In this document: piece by piece, positions 52,111 through 63,377 of the stretch | Layout of the letters: every line of letters begins with the position of its first letter | Numbering within the stretch: position 1 is the first letter of the stretch | Source: Octopus sinensis | Taxonomy: Eukaryota | DNA: 64,000 bases | Reading direction: 5' to 3' | Assembly (NCBI RefSeq): GCF_006345805.1 | Contig: NC_043003.1 | Coordinates: 10,850,001-10,914,000 of the forward strand | The notes under the pieces: model-generated | Seen by the model: only the letters and a program-made list of their open reading frames with translations | Told to the model about the DNA's origin: nothing | The model's database searches: none | Translations under genes and position numbers: made by a program

Positions 52111-55100
52111 AGTTGGGGGTCTGACTGGACAGTGTGTGTTTGTGTGTGTAACTCTGCTGGTGTGTGTGTGGCAGGGGTCTTACTGGACAGAGTATGGGTG
52201 TGTGTCTGTGTGTATTCATATGTATGTGTATGCAACTGTATGTAAACGTGTGATGTTTGTGTGTGTGTGTGTGTGTGTCTGTGTCTATATAGTATACTAT
52301 ACAGCTGTGTGTGTAAGTGCATGTGTCTGTGTGTACACTGACGTGTTTCATTGTGCGTGTGTCCATATGTATACTTTTGAAGTTGCATTTACATGTGTGT
52401 TCATGCATATGTGTGTATACATATATATGTGTACGTGTGTGTGTATATCTTTGTGTACATGCATGTATGTCTTTGTGTAAATGTGTGTATGTATGTGTCT
52501 TTGAGTGTGTGTAGCTTTGTGTACATGCATGTGTGTGTGTCTTTGTGTTCATGTGTGTGTGTGTGTGTGTGTGTTTGTGTCTAAATGTGTGTGTAACTTT
52601 GTGTACATGCATGTGTATGTGTGAGTGTATAGTTTTGTGTACATGCATGTGTGTGTGTCTGTGTGTGTGTGTGTGTCTTTGTGTACATGCATGTGTGTGA
52701 ATATATGTGTGTGTGTTAGTGAAGACTAAGAGTACTGCCATTAACACAATTGACGTTTTTGAAGGGGTCGGAGTCGGGTGTGTGGGGGTGGGGGATTGAG
52801 GTGGGGACGTGTGTGTGTTTTGTGTCTGTAGGTGTCGGGGCTTCCAGCCATGGTGTGGTGCAGACCTGGTGCCTCCGTTGGCATTGGTGACCGTGGCTGG
52901 GGTTTAAAGGATGACACCAACGAAGCATGTTGTTGTTTAGCCCAAGGCCAGTCCAGTCCTGTTTGAGCAGATCTGTATGCTCAAAGGGATTCCAACTGTG
53001 ACCATCATCCCATCTTCGTATATTATTGTGCAGTGTAAAGAGGAATATTTGGCTGCCATTTCCTGAAGGTTAAGTTATTACCTAATGGCTCCCTCATCGG
53101 ATGGTGAATAGCGGTGGTATTGGTGGTGGTGGTGTTGCAAACAGGCTTATGATCAGACATTCCAGCTGTGACCATCCTGTCCTTTTTGAGGTGTGTGTAG
53201 ACTACTCTATGTAATGTGTCCATTCCATTTCATTCCTTCCCAAAGATTATGTGATTTGAGGGAGATTTAGCTGTTATTTCTTGCAGTCCGAGCTACTACA
53301 TTGAAGCTTATTTCTCGGCTTGAATTTGAGTGTGTGTGTGTGTGTGTGTTGGGTTAAGGGGTGAATGGACATTAAGAGGTCCAGGAGGAGGGTGGGGTAA
53401 GCTTGGGTGGATTGGCAGATGAGTAACGATGGTGGTGGTGGTGGTGGTGGGGTCGGAATGTGTAAGGTTGGTGCGGTGCATTACTTAGTGTTGATGTTGG
53501 TAATTGTGAGTTTCGGTTCTGGTTTTGGGAAAGGAATGAAGGCCACAGCATGCATGACTGTGATGCAGCATCACAGTTTTGTATTGGAAGTGAAAGGTGA
53601 CGGGGTGGGGTGGTCTGATTTGATCTTGGGTTGGTTGTGATGATGATGGTGGTAATGGTGGTGGTGATGATGACAACAATGATGATGATGACAATGATGA
53701 TGATGGTGGTGATGATGATGATGACAATGATGATGGTGGTGGTGGTGGTGATGATGATGGTGGTGATGATGACAACGATGATGATGATGACAATGATGAT
53801 GATGGTGGTGGTGGTGGTGGTGATGATGATGGTGGTGGTGATAGCAGTAGTGGTGACGATGATGGTGGTGGTGGTGTGGTGGTGATGTTCATGATGGTGA
53901 CGGAGGCGTTGGAAGTGGAGATAGTCATGTTGATAGTAAGGGTGTTGGTGATGGTAGTGGTTGTGGTGGTGGTGATGGTGGTGTAGATATTTAGTCCAAC
54001 TCCATGGTGGAGTGGTAAGTGGCGTTAAGGTCAGGGTTGCCAGAACCAGAAAGATCGTGCAATGTGGTATTACACATTGTTTAGTAAGAGAGAGAGAGGG
54101 AGAGTTTAAGAATGATTGTCAGGGCAGCAGCAGTGGTGGTGGTGGTAGATGCACTTTAGGATAGATAGGGGTAGTTTGAGGCATGAGTACACTCTGGACT
54201 TTGGGGGGGGGGGGGGGTTTCTCCTTTTTTTTTTTTTACTGAAGAAAGGTGCAAACTAGAGGGGTTGATAGGAAGGCGTGAAGATAATATGGAGGGGGTG
54301 TTGGAGGGTGGGGAGATTTTGCCTCTTCTTCCACAAACCCCGTCTACCATCCGTTCAAGCTTCCCTTCCTCTTCCTCCTCCTCCTCCCGCTCGCCTGCCA
54401 GCCTGTCCGTTCACCCCCCCCCTGCCCCTCCACCTCTCGCCCCCTTGGATTGCATTCTGAGCGGCATTATCTCTCTGCTGCACATACACGTGTGAACAAC
54501 GACAATAATCAATCAGGCTTCCCCATTATTTTACTGCCCGGCGGAGCGTGAAAATGACTTATTTTTCCCTTTTCTTCCTCTTCCTTCCTTCCTTTGCCAC
54601 TATCACTCTTTCTTTCTCTCTCTCCCTCTCTCCTCTCTCTCTCTCTCTGGTGTTTTCGCTCTGTATTGTCCATCTTTCTCCCTCTGGCGCATAAACACAA
54701 TTATAGGCTCCTCGTAATCTACTCACACCGTACACTTTCGTATCGTATATACACTCTCCTTTTGACAATATGACATTCGACTATTTCACTCTTTCTTCTT
54801 CTTCTCTCTTCTCATTCATATGCTCATCATTATACATCCTTTCTTTTTCTTTCCCATTCATATAAGCACACACATACACACACACACACATACACACACA
54901 CACTCTCTCTTCCCCACCTCTCCTCCCTACATAACACTTTCTCAAATTGTACTTTCATGTCACACATGTAAGCATTCGTTTTTTACGCATACAGTCTCTA
55001 GTCTGTGTGTGTATGTATATATGTATATATATGTATATATGTATGTATATGTATATATGTATGTATGTGTATATATATGTATATATATGTATACATATGT

Positions 55101-55205
55101 ATATATTGTATACATATGTATATATATATGTATACATATGTATATATATATGTATACAATGTATATATATGTGTATATATATGTATATATATGTATGTAT
55201 ATGTA

Positions 55206-55274
<69 letters not shown>

Positions 55275-55310
55275 GTGGTGTGTGTGTGTGTATATGTTGT
55301 AATATATATG

Positions 55311-55351
<41 letters not shown>

Positions 55352-55845
55352 GTTGTGCACCTTTGAATGCAGTGTATGCCAGAAGGTTTGCAAATGCAAC
55401 GGAGGCCGCAAAAGACATTTTAAGATCAACAAAGGACAGAGCTTATCTGCAGGTCTTGGTGGTCCAAATCGGAGGTGCAATCTATGTGGGTGTCTTTTCA
55501 AAATATTGTCCGGTCTAAAAAGCCACATCAGATGCCATGATGGTTCTAAGGTGTAGGTACAGGAGGTGGTCAAACACTACATAAGGAGTAGACGACCACC
55601 ATGTATATATATATGTATATATATATAAATACACACACACACACACAATACTCTTCCAAACTATAGTTTTATGTAACGTACACAACATCCTTCCAAATGT
55701 ACTTTCATATAACATGTGCACACAGGCATGCACCTTTTCTTCATATACAATAATCAGTCATTAACTCATACACGCACATATATATATATATATATATATC
55801 TATATATATATATATATATATAGATATAATATATATATATATATT

Positions 55846-55882
<37 letters not shown>

Positions 55883-56073
55883 CAATATATATATATATAT
55901 ATATACATAAATATTTATATATATATATATATATATCTATATATATACTATATAATAACATATATATATTTATAATAATACCCATATATATATTATATAT
56001 TATACACATATATATATTATATATATATACAAATATATATATTTATATTATATATACACATATATATATTATT

Positions 56074-56105
<32 letters not shown>

Positions 56106-57425
56106 TAATATATAATATATATATATATATATCTATACAATATGTTACATTACTCGGTAGTCAAGATAAAACTCTGAGTTTCAGATGCCGAAGTGGAAAT
56201 CCACAACACCATCTCTTCGGTTATCTGATAACGAAGAGATGGTGTTGTGGATTTCCACTTCGGCATCTGAAACTCAGAGTTTATCTTGACTACGAGTAAT
56301 GTAACATATTGTATAGATAAATTTCCTCTATTTACATAATATTGAGGTCTCTTTCTTTCTTTTGTTATCTTACCGTTTATCAATATATAATATATTATAT
56401 TAATATATAATATATATATATATATTATATATATATTTATAAACATATATGTGTGTATACACTCACACACACACATATACACCCCCTGCACACACACAAG
56501 CTGCACACCCATCACATTACAGCAGACATAAAGATATGGGTGTGTCTGATAAATAGTTCCTTTCTCCATGCATCCACCCACCCACCCATTCATATTTGGA
56601 CTGGGGAGTGGTGGGGGTGGGACTGGGAGAGAGGTTCTTTTTATTACTACTGCTGCTGCTGCTGTTGTTGTTGTTGTTTCTTCCTCCATTCGCCATCTGA
56701 CCTGCATGTGTTGCCTGTTCGCTCTACACTTGACTTCTGTTGTTCTGATTTTATCATCTCATCACCATAATCATCACCATAATCATCACCATAATCATCA
56801 CCATAATCATATCGTTCATCGTCATCATCGTCGTCGTCATCACGGTTGAGAGAAGAAAGAGGAGAAGCAATGCTTCTGTTTAGATTGGGTTTAGGGTGGG
56901 TGTTCGTAGACTGTTCAGGGTGGTCGAGGGTGGGTTGTCCAGATCAGGGATAAGGTGGGGGTGGAACGAGCGGAGTGGATTGGAGTAGTAGAGTGGTGGC
57001 AGCTGAGGCAGACATGTGGTGGATGAAACGTTATATTTTACTTGTTTCTGTCATTGCACTGTGGCCATGTTGGAGCACTGCATCTATAGCTTTAGGTGAA
57101 CAAATCAACTCTGGTACTTGGTTTTAAAAAAGATTTTTTGTGTGTGTGTGTTTCTTTTAAAGACTGGTACTTACTCTGTCAGTTTCTTTTTTGTTCAAAT
57201 GCTAAGTTATGGGGATGTAAACAAACCAAGATTGGCTTTTCAGTGGTGGGGAAACAAAACACAGATACACACACACACACACACACACACACATGGCATC
57301 ATTATCATTTAACATTCTTTTTTCTCATGTTGGTAACGGGTTGGACAATTTGGCAAGTGTAGATGGGCCAGAGGCTTCTGCCAGGTTCTATGTCTGTTTT
57401 GGAATGGTTGTTTTATAGCTGCCTC

Positions 57426-57456
<31 letters not shown>

Positions 57457-60021
57457 GACAAGCATGAAGTAAATAGACACCTGTAATTTTCAAAATCTTT
57501 TATTTGATATCAATTGGTTGAAGGAGAAGTTTTCTTCTAGCCGCTTGTTCATAATATATATATATATCATCATCATCGTTTAACATCCATTTTCCAATCT
57601 GGCATTGGTTCGACTGGGGTCTGGGAAGCCAAGGTGCTGCACCAGGCACCAGCCTGATCTGGTAGTGTTTCTACAGCTTGATGCCCTTCCTAATGCCAAC
57701 CACTCTGAGAGTGTAGTGGGTGCTTTTTATGTGCCACCGGCAGAGGGGCCAGAGGGGGCTGGCATTGACCATGTTTGAGCGGTGTTTTTACATGCCACTG
57801 GCACAGGAGCCAGTCAAGGTGGCACTGGCATCAGCCACATTCGGATGGTACTTTTCACGTGTCACCAGCACAGGAGCCAGTCAGGGCGAGGGGTCTGACA
57901 TCGACCATGTTTGGATGGTGCTTTTTACGTGCCACCGGCACAAGGAGAGAGGCAGGTGGCATTGGCAATTTCTGTTTGATTGTGGTTTGATTTGATTTTG
58001 ATGTTGATGGACTTGACTCAATAAGACTCCTCAAGCACGGCATGTTGCCCTACAATCCAAAGGTACTTTTTTTTTAGTGGGTTTGTTATGTGACACTGGT
58101 GTAGGCTACAGCTGTGATCTCACTTTATTTGCTGGGTCTTCTCAGTCACAGCATATCTCCATATATATATATATACACACACGTATATATAATTGAGATT
58201 CAGTTGAATTAGGTACTTAAGTTGAAACACCAAGTTAGACCGGTATTATCCTTACTACTCAAAGTAAGGTGAATAAAATCAAAATAAGCAACAGGATATC
58301 AAGTGGTGATGCAGTATGACCATTTCAAGCGTGTACAAACAGCCACGCTACATGGCAGAGAAACATGGGCTGTGGCTGCTAAGGTTATGCGTAAGCTTGC
58401 AAGGAATGAAGTCAGTATGCTGACAAGCCAAATGAGACCATAACCCATGGCCTATGCCAGTGGGTGTAACAAGCCCATTTAAGAATACCCCTCATTCCTT
58501 GGACAATAAACTTTGCTTGTGAAGACCTATTGAGGCAGGTGAAATCAAAATCAAAATCGCTGACATGGCTGATATCAGTACCGCCTGATTGGCACTTGTG
58601 CTAGTGGAATGTTAAAAGCACAACCGAGCGTGATCGTTGCCAGGGCCATGGATTGACTCCCATGCCGGTGACACGTAAAAAGCACCATTTGAGCGTAATC
58701 GTTGCCAGTGTCGCCTTACCTGCACATGTGCTGGTGACACTTGAAAAAGAACATTCGAGCGGGGTCGTTGCCAGTGCCGCCGGACTGGTTCCTATGCAGG
58801 TAGCATGTGAAAAACACCTTTAGAGTGTGGCCGTTGCCAGAACTGCCTGACTGGCCTTCGTGCCGGTGATGCATAAAATCACCCACCACACTCTCGGAGT
58901 GGTTGGCGTTAGGAAGGGCATCCAGCTGTAGAAACTCTGCCAAATAAGATTGGAGCCTGGTGCAACCTCCTGGCTTGCCAGTCCTCAGTCAAATCGTCCA
59001 ACCCATGCCAGCATGGAAAGCAGACATTAAACGACAATGATGATGATGATGATGATGACACAGCAGTTAAGTTTCCACTCATTTATTTATTTTTCCTAAA
59101 ATTTTCGTTGCATCTTGCAACCTTTTCGATAGTTGTTGATTCTGTCTGTTATCCAAGCTGCGTTCTTTTTGTCTGTGTGTGCTCATATGTATGTATGCAT
59201 GTATTTGTGTATGCACACATATATGTATGTGTATGTTTGTATGTATTTATATATGTATGTATGTATGTGTGTATGTTTGTATATATGTATGTGAACGTTT
59301 GTATGTATTTATGTATATATGTATGTTTGTATGTATATATATATGTGTACAGTTGTATGTATGTTTGTGAGTATGCATGTATGTATGTATGTACATTTGT
59401 ATGTATGTGTGTATGTATTTTTGTGTGTACGTTTTTATGTATGTATATTTATGTGTGTACGTTTTTATGTATATATATATATGTGTGTATGTATATGTAT
59501 TCTGCATATTCATGTGTGTGTGTTTGTATATATGTATGTGTGTACGTTAGTATGTATATATGTATGTTTGTATGTATATATATGTATGTATGTTTGTGCA
59601 TTTGTATGTATATATGTATGTACGTTTGTATGTATGTATGTTTGTGTGTATGCATGTATGTATGTATGTATGTATGTGTGTGTATGTATGTGTGTACATT
59701 TGTGTGTGTACGTTTTATGTATGTACATATGTATGTATGTGTGTATGTATGTATGTATTCTGCATATTCATGTGTTTGTGTGTGTGTGTTTGTATTATAA
59801 TCTTAATGTATGATATCTTAACGCCGTCTCTCCTCTCTTTCTCCTCCCCAGGTGTTGGCCCTCCATCGTTTGTAGCTATCCAGGCTGGTACCACCCTGCA
59901 CGAGCTAACATCATCATCAGACACAGTGTCATGGACCTCTATTATAATCTTAACCGTCTTCGCCTGTCTCTCATTGCTGCCAGTCCTACTGAAACGGAAG
60001 CTGCAGCGCAAGTTCGATTGA
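18161..60021 (+). CDS. TMEM41B: Transmembrane protein 41B / Stasimon (VTT/DedA-domain ER lipid scramblase), 7 coding exons, 948 nt, 315 aa
   Basis: Manual splicing gives an open frame ending ...[212 protein letters not shown] recognise the TMEM41B motifs [17 protein letters not shown], [14 protein letters not shown], GVxPPSFVAI and the C-terminal dilysine-like KxxxKFD/E. All introns are GT-AG with compatible phases. Confidence 0.96.
19188..19389. repeat. Two abutting ~100-bp palindromes, each centred on a microsatellite
   Basis: 19188-19289 (ttgtttcaaacactcc...ggagtgtttgaaacaa) and 19288-19389 (aataagatgatatattg...caatatatcatcttatt). Confidence 0.9.
20098..20226. mobile_element. hAT-type MITE (129 bp)
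   Basis: TIR cagtg(c/g)ttttcaa. Perfect 8-bp TSD gcctagtc. Confidence 0.85.
21343..21871. mobile_element. Non-autonomous DNA element with ~70-bp TIRs
   Basis: aatgaactcatttgcatacagccaatcagagctca at the left end and its reverse complement at the right end. Confidence 0.7.
22025..22390 (+). mobile_element. SINE family 2 (tRNA-derived head GGCTGTGTGGTAAG...GGTTCAGTCCCA, internal (AT/GT)n, tail TGACTGAAACAAGTAAAAGA)
   Basis: Other copies: ~565-843(-), 16900-17250, 26200-26545(-), 26720-27105, 31650-31780, 32018-33700 (both strands), 37975-38340(-), 40405-40555(-), 44395-44800, 61975-62345(-). Confidence 0.85.
22917..23013. mobile_element. hAT-type MITE (97 bp) with GGAGTC subterminal repeats
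   Basis: TIR agggctgtggagtc/gactccacagccct. Perfect 8-bp TSD gttacatc. Confidence 0.85.
23730..24295 (+). mobile_element. RTE (Bov-B-like) LINE 3' relics
   Basis: Encodes [25 protein letters not shown] and [17 protein letters not shown], resembling the RTE GGQKKRFKDTLK and C-terminal CxxC...GLxSH motifs. Confidence 0.7.
24326..24688. mobile_element. hAT (Charlie-like) non-autonomous element
   Basis: TIR cagggctggccaacc / agttggccaggcctg. TSD gactagac/aactagat (NNCTAGNN). Confidence 0.75.
25205..25870 (-). mobile_element. Repeat family 3 (RTE-type tail GGAAAGCGGACGTTAAACGATGATGATG) with internal 66-bp minisatellite
   Basis: Other copies: ~22440-22860, 36900-37400, 38925-39075, 39580-39840, 42690-43330, 44960-45430, 47770-47910(+), 57565-58140, 58560-59050(+). 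Confidence 0.8.
30023..30413 (-). repeat. Tandem array of five 78-bp tRNA-like SINE heads
   Basis: Units start at 30023, 30101, 30179, 30257 and 30335. Confidence 0.9.
31912..31947 (-). ncRNA. Hammerhead-like variant in a different repeat
   Basis: Minus strand reads CUUU CUGUAGAA GAG-CGUAGG-CUC GAA ACGU U AAAG. Stem I is CUUU/AAAG, stem II is GAG/CUC, stem III is palindromic ACGU. The core is non-canonical (UA instead of AU). Confidence 0.4.
32018..33560. repeat. Near-identical tandem duplication, period 780 bp
   Basis: Unit 1 is 32018-32797; unit 2 starts at 32798. Units are bounded by (TA)n. Confidence 0.9.
35998..36482. mobile_element. Head-to-head (palindromic) twin tRNA-headed SINE with a hammerhead motif in each arm
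   Basis: Left arm (-) and right arm (+) are reverse complements. Each has an A-box-like (TGGC/TGTAG/ATGG) and B-box-like (GAGTTTGATTCC) head, a trinucleotide-repeat linker (mainly AAT), a body, CTGATGA..GAAAC and a tail AATGTAAATAATGTA. Other copies at ~14099-14520, ~27433-27570 and ~28525-28675. Confidence 0.8.
36043..36088 (-). ncRNA. Minimal type-I hammerhead ribozyme motif (Penelope-type)
   Basis: Minus strand reads GACAC CUGAUGA A GGCUG-GAGGGUAUAU-UAGCC GAA ACAU U GUGUU. Stem I is GACAC/GUGUU, stem II is GGCUG/UAGCC, stem III is vestigial (family consensus ACGU). Confidence 0.65.
36532..36778 (+). CDS. TMEM41B: TMEM41B coding exon 2 (Ser/Asn-rich N-terminus plus first TM helix)
   Basis: Pyrimidine tract and tttcag acceptor (AG 36530-36531). 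Encodes ...[29 protein letters not shown]. Donor tt|gtaagt at 36779. Confidence 0.9.
39159..39287 (+). CDS. TMEM41B: TMEM41B coding exon 3 (129 nt)
   Basis: Acceptor tttttcag. Encodes [42 protein letters not shown]. Followed by the U12 donor GTATCCTTT. Confidence 0.96.
39288..41080 (+). other. U12-type (minor spliceosome) GT-AG intron, TMEM41B intron 3
   Basis: 5' splice site GTATCCTTT matches the U12 consensus RTATCCTTT. Branch point TTCCCTTAAC (U12 consensus TTCCTTRAC) ends 8 nt before the 3' end of the intron (ctgtcag|), with little pyrimidine tract between. Confidence 0.92.
41081..41174 (+). CDS. TMEM41B: TMEM41B coding exon 4 (94 nt)
   Basis: Encodes [31 protein letters not shown]. Preceded by U12 branch point and cag. 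Donor ttg|gtaagt. Confidence 0.97.
42364..42468 (+). CDS. TMEM41B: TMEM41B coding exon 5 (105 nt)
   Basis: Acceptor ccattgttag. Encodes [35 protein letters not shown]. Donor cag|gtaagt. Missing from the ORF track; found by reading. Confidence 0.95.
43330..43912 (-). mobile_element. RTE-clade LINE 3' fragment (degenerate ORF C-terminus)
   Basis: Encodes LGDQ...[14 protein letters not shown]...[17 protein letters not shown]...[13 protein letters not shown]...[34 protein letters not shown], a typical RTE post-RT region with in-frame stops. A shorter piece of the same family lies at ~37400-37580. Confidence 0.85.
45565..45703 (+). CDS. TMEM41B: TMEM41B coding exon 6 (139 nt)
   Basis: Acceptor tttcag. 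Encodes [46 protein letters not shown]. Donor g|gtaaat. Confidence 0.97.
45985..46306. repeat. Fold-back element, ~145-bp arms and ~40-nt loop
   Basis: gtagtaaagattgtttg...aatctagca pairs with tgctagatt...caaacaatctttactac. Confidence 0.9.
48280..48790. repeat. (AT)n-rich microsatellite field
   Basis: Directly visible. Similar fields at ~55000-55350, 55770-56130, 60350-60780 and 62980-63480. Confidence 0.95.
50049..51817. repeat. Tandem duplication (~928-bp period) of compound low-complexity DNA
   Basis: The anchor cagaaccaacatattgatggatttaaccattgaacacac occurs at ~50049 and ~50977, with a variant at ~49863. Confidence 0.85.
52050..52715. repeat. (TG)n / (TGTA)n compound microsatellite field
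   Basis: Directly visible. Also ~59170-59800 and ~63615-64000. Confidence 0.95.
53630..53990. repeat. (TGA/TGG)n trinucleotide field
   Basis: Directly visible; produces the poly-M/V ORF at 53631. Confidence 0.95.
55355..55600 (+). mobile_element. LINE (RTE-like) 3' end with two C2H2-like zinc fingers
   Basis: Encodes [23 protein letters not shown]...[22 protein letters not shown], then a short 3' UTR and (AT)n. No splice sites link it to a gene. Confidence 0.6.
56130..56319. repeat. Near-perfect 190-bp palindrome with 1-nt centre
   Basis: Centre gttatc-t-gataac at 56226. The arms differ by three 1-nt indels. Confidence 0.92.
59852..60021 (+). CDS. TMEM41B: TMEM41B coding exon 7 (170 nt including TGA)
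   Basis: Strong pyrimidine tract ctcctctctttctcctccccag. Encodes [15 protein letters not shown]...[10 protein letters not shown]. Confidence 0.96.
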
Positions 60022-60356
60022 TGCCGGCTTAAAACAATAGTTATTTGACTCTCTCTCTCTCTGTTCTGGTAAATGGATCATCTACGTGCCACACCGAGCA
60101 ACAAGTGGTGGTGGCGGTGGTGGTTTGGTGGTTTGGTTTGTGGTGGTGGTGGTGGTGGTGGTGGAAAAGATCATTTTCTTCTTTCCTTATTGGGAGCCCC
60201 CCACTTTTTTTTTTTCCCCCTGGTTTCATTGCATCTGCTTGCCAGAGAATAGGAAGGAACGTGCGGTTGGTGAGTTGTCCGTCTCAGCGAGAGTTTTCAA
60301 ATACGTAATTTGGATGTGTGTGTGTATGCGATTGGGTAGCTACACTTGCAATAGTG

Positions 60357-60397
<41 letters not shown>

Positions 60398-61306
60398 ATA
60401 TCAATATGTATACAATATGGTATGAATGTTTCCTGGTGAATATATATGTATATATATACACACACACACATATATATATATACATACATATACAACTTAT
60501 GAACTTTTAGACTATTTCAGCTGTTTATATATGTGTATATATATATACACACATATACGCATACATATATATACGTACATATGTGTATATGTGTGTGTGT
60601 GTGCATATATGTATCTATATACATGTGTGTTTGTATATATATGTGTATGTGTGTGAATATATATATATGTATGTATGTATATATAGATATACTTATGTGT
60701 ATATATATTTATATATATGCTTATATATAGATATGCTTATATATTTGTATATATATAGATATGCTTTTATATATATGGATGTATTTATGTTTTGTCTCCA
60801 GCCCATGATAACATGGAAAAAAAGATGTTAAATGACGATGTGTGTGTGTGTGTGGAATGAAAGACTGTGTAAACAGTTGTGTATATATTCAAATAATCAT
60901 ACGTATCTGGAATGCCATATATATATATACCGCAAATACAAGGCAGCCATTTCATTATTTATTTCTGTGAATCTTTACTCTGAGCCCACAATGTTCGTTA
61001 ATCCTTGTTTATCTTAGTTTATTCTTATTGAATCACTCATATTTAGTGCATCAGTGAATGTGTGTGTATATGTATGTATGTGTGTGTATATATATGTTTG
61101 TGTGTGTATGTTGAAGTAATATTGTGTCTTCAAGAAAGAAATGATGGAGAGGTTTCTTATTAACGATTGTTCTCTTGGTGTATCAGGAATTTTTATTTGC
61201 TGTTTAAGTGTGTGTGTTTATTTATTTGTATATCTGTGAGTATGTTCAGTTAGCCATTGTGATTGAGCTTAAGGTTGGCTGTGCTCAGACTCACTCTTTT
61301 TATATA

Positions 61307-61350
<44 letters not shown>

Positions 61351-61594
61351 GTGTGTGTGTGTGTGAATATATATATGTGTATATATTTATTATTAATAAG
61401 CAAAATTTCTAGAATGAATGACTCAAGAGTCAGTAGTTGGTTGCCACTGGCACTTAACCAACCAGGAGTCACTCTGTATCTTCTGCCAAATAATAATAAT
61501 AATAATAATAATTAAAATAATAATAATAATAATGATAATAACAACAACAACAATATTCATGTTTTCAGTTCTATTTCCCTCTGTGTGTGCATGC

Positions 61595-61629
<35 letters not shown>

Positions 61630-62737
61630 TATGTATGTATATATTGTTCACTTTTTCTTTATACACATGCACACACACACACATACACATATATATGGAT
61701 ATATATATTTATATATGTTTGCATACGTTAGCTCAAATACACGCACATGCACTCATGCTCAGTTACACACACACACACGCACACGTGTATATACGTGTAT
61801 GTAATTGTATGTTTGCCAATGTGTACGTGTCTGTATACCAGTATATATAAATGTGTGCATGTATGCTTTATTTTTTTTATTTTATTTATTATTTTTTTTT
61901 TGCCATCTGTTATTTTATTTATTTTTTAGTTGAATCTCAGTTTGTAATTCAAATATTTGACCAGAATTGAAATACTTTCTCTTCACTTGTTTCAGTCATT
62001 TGACTGCGGCCATGCTGGAACACCGCCTTTAGTTGAGCAAATCGACCTCCAGGACTTATTCTTTGTAAGCCTAGTACTTATTCTATTGGTCTCTTTTGCC
62101 AAAGCACTAAGTTATGGGGGACGTAAACACACCAGCATCGGTTGTCAAGTGATGTTGGGGAGGACACAAACATACACGCATATACATATATACGATGGGC
62201 TTTTTTCAGTTTCCATCTACCAAATCCACTCACAATGCTTTAATTGGCCCGAGGCTATTGAAGAAGACACTTGCCCAAGGTGCCACACAGTGGGACTGAG
62301 CCCGGAACCATGTGGGTGGTAAGCAAACTACTTACCACACAGCCACAAAACAGACTTCCTGCACCTCAACCCAGACTCCGGATTTTCATGTATCTGTGTG
62401 TGTGTGTGTGTGTGTGTGTGTATACTTGCATGTGTGTATATATATGTGTGTGTGTTTGTGTGTGTCTACACTGCTCCTTGCTAGCCAGCTCTTTGTCAAA
62501 CCGTCCAGTCCATGCCAGCATGGAAAGTGGACGTCAATTATGATGATGATGGTAATGATGGTGATGTGTGTGTGAATCTATGTACTAAATCTGTATTATT
62601 TTATTCTTATAGCCATCATCACCATCATCATCAGCATCACCACCACCAGTGTACCATCAACCATCATTGCCTAGTGCAATTTTTTTTTTTTTTTGTTACC
62701 ATACAATGAATTTTTTTGAGTGAGTTTATTTCATTTT

Positions 62738-62747
62738 AATAAATAAA
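62738..62747 (+). terminator. Candidate polyadenylation signal (overlapping AATAAA x2) for TMEM41B
   Basis: First canonical AATAAA I could find after the stop codon. It would imply a ~2.7 kb microsatellite-rich 3' UTR. No transcript evidence. Confidence 0.3.
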
Positions 62748-63059
62748 CCATTCAGAAAATAAAATTAAAAAAAGGAACATATTTTTAAAAAATGAGGAAA
62801 AATCCAAAGAATTGGTAAATATTGATTGAAATGATTCACTTCAGGTTTGATGTGAGTGTCTTTGTTTTTTTTTTGTTTTTTTTCTCTTTTTACAATTCTT
62901 GTTTTTTTTCATTTGTTTTACCTTTTTTTGGGAGGCAATTTCGAAATGTTTCATAAATTATTTTGGGGTATACAAAATGCATATAATGCATATGATATGT
63001 ATATATGTGCATGTGTGTGTAGTATATATATATATATATATATATGTATATGTGTGTAG

Positions 63060-63092
<33 letters not shown>

Positions 63093-63333
63093 TCACATAC
63101 ACCTTGTATCTACATGAATGAAATGAAGTACACTCATACGAATTTTCATTTATTTAAACATGTAGGTACATGTGTGTTTGCATATATATATACATACACA
63201 CATGCATGTGTGTGTGTATATATGCATATGTATGTAAATATACTCAGTGTCGCATCTTTATGCTTGAAACTCATATATCCAGATATACTTACATATAAGC
63301 CATATATATATATATATATATATATATGCTTGC

Positions 63334-63377
<44 letters not shown>

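Noticed and set aside
48022-56100. Dozens of YI/HT/CV/MV-repeat ORFs (also 59108-63900 and 30941-31366)
   Set aside because: Translations of (AT)n, (CA)n, (TG)n and (TGA)n microsatellites.
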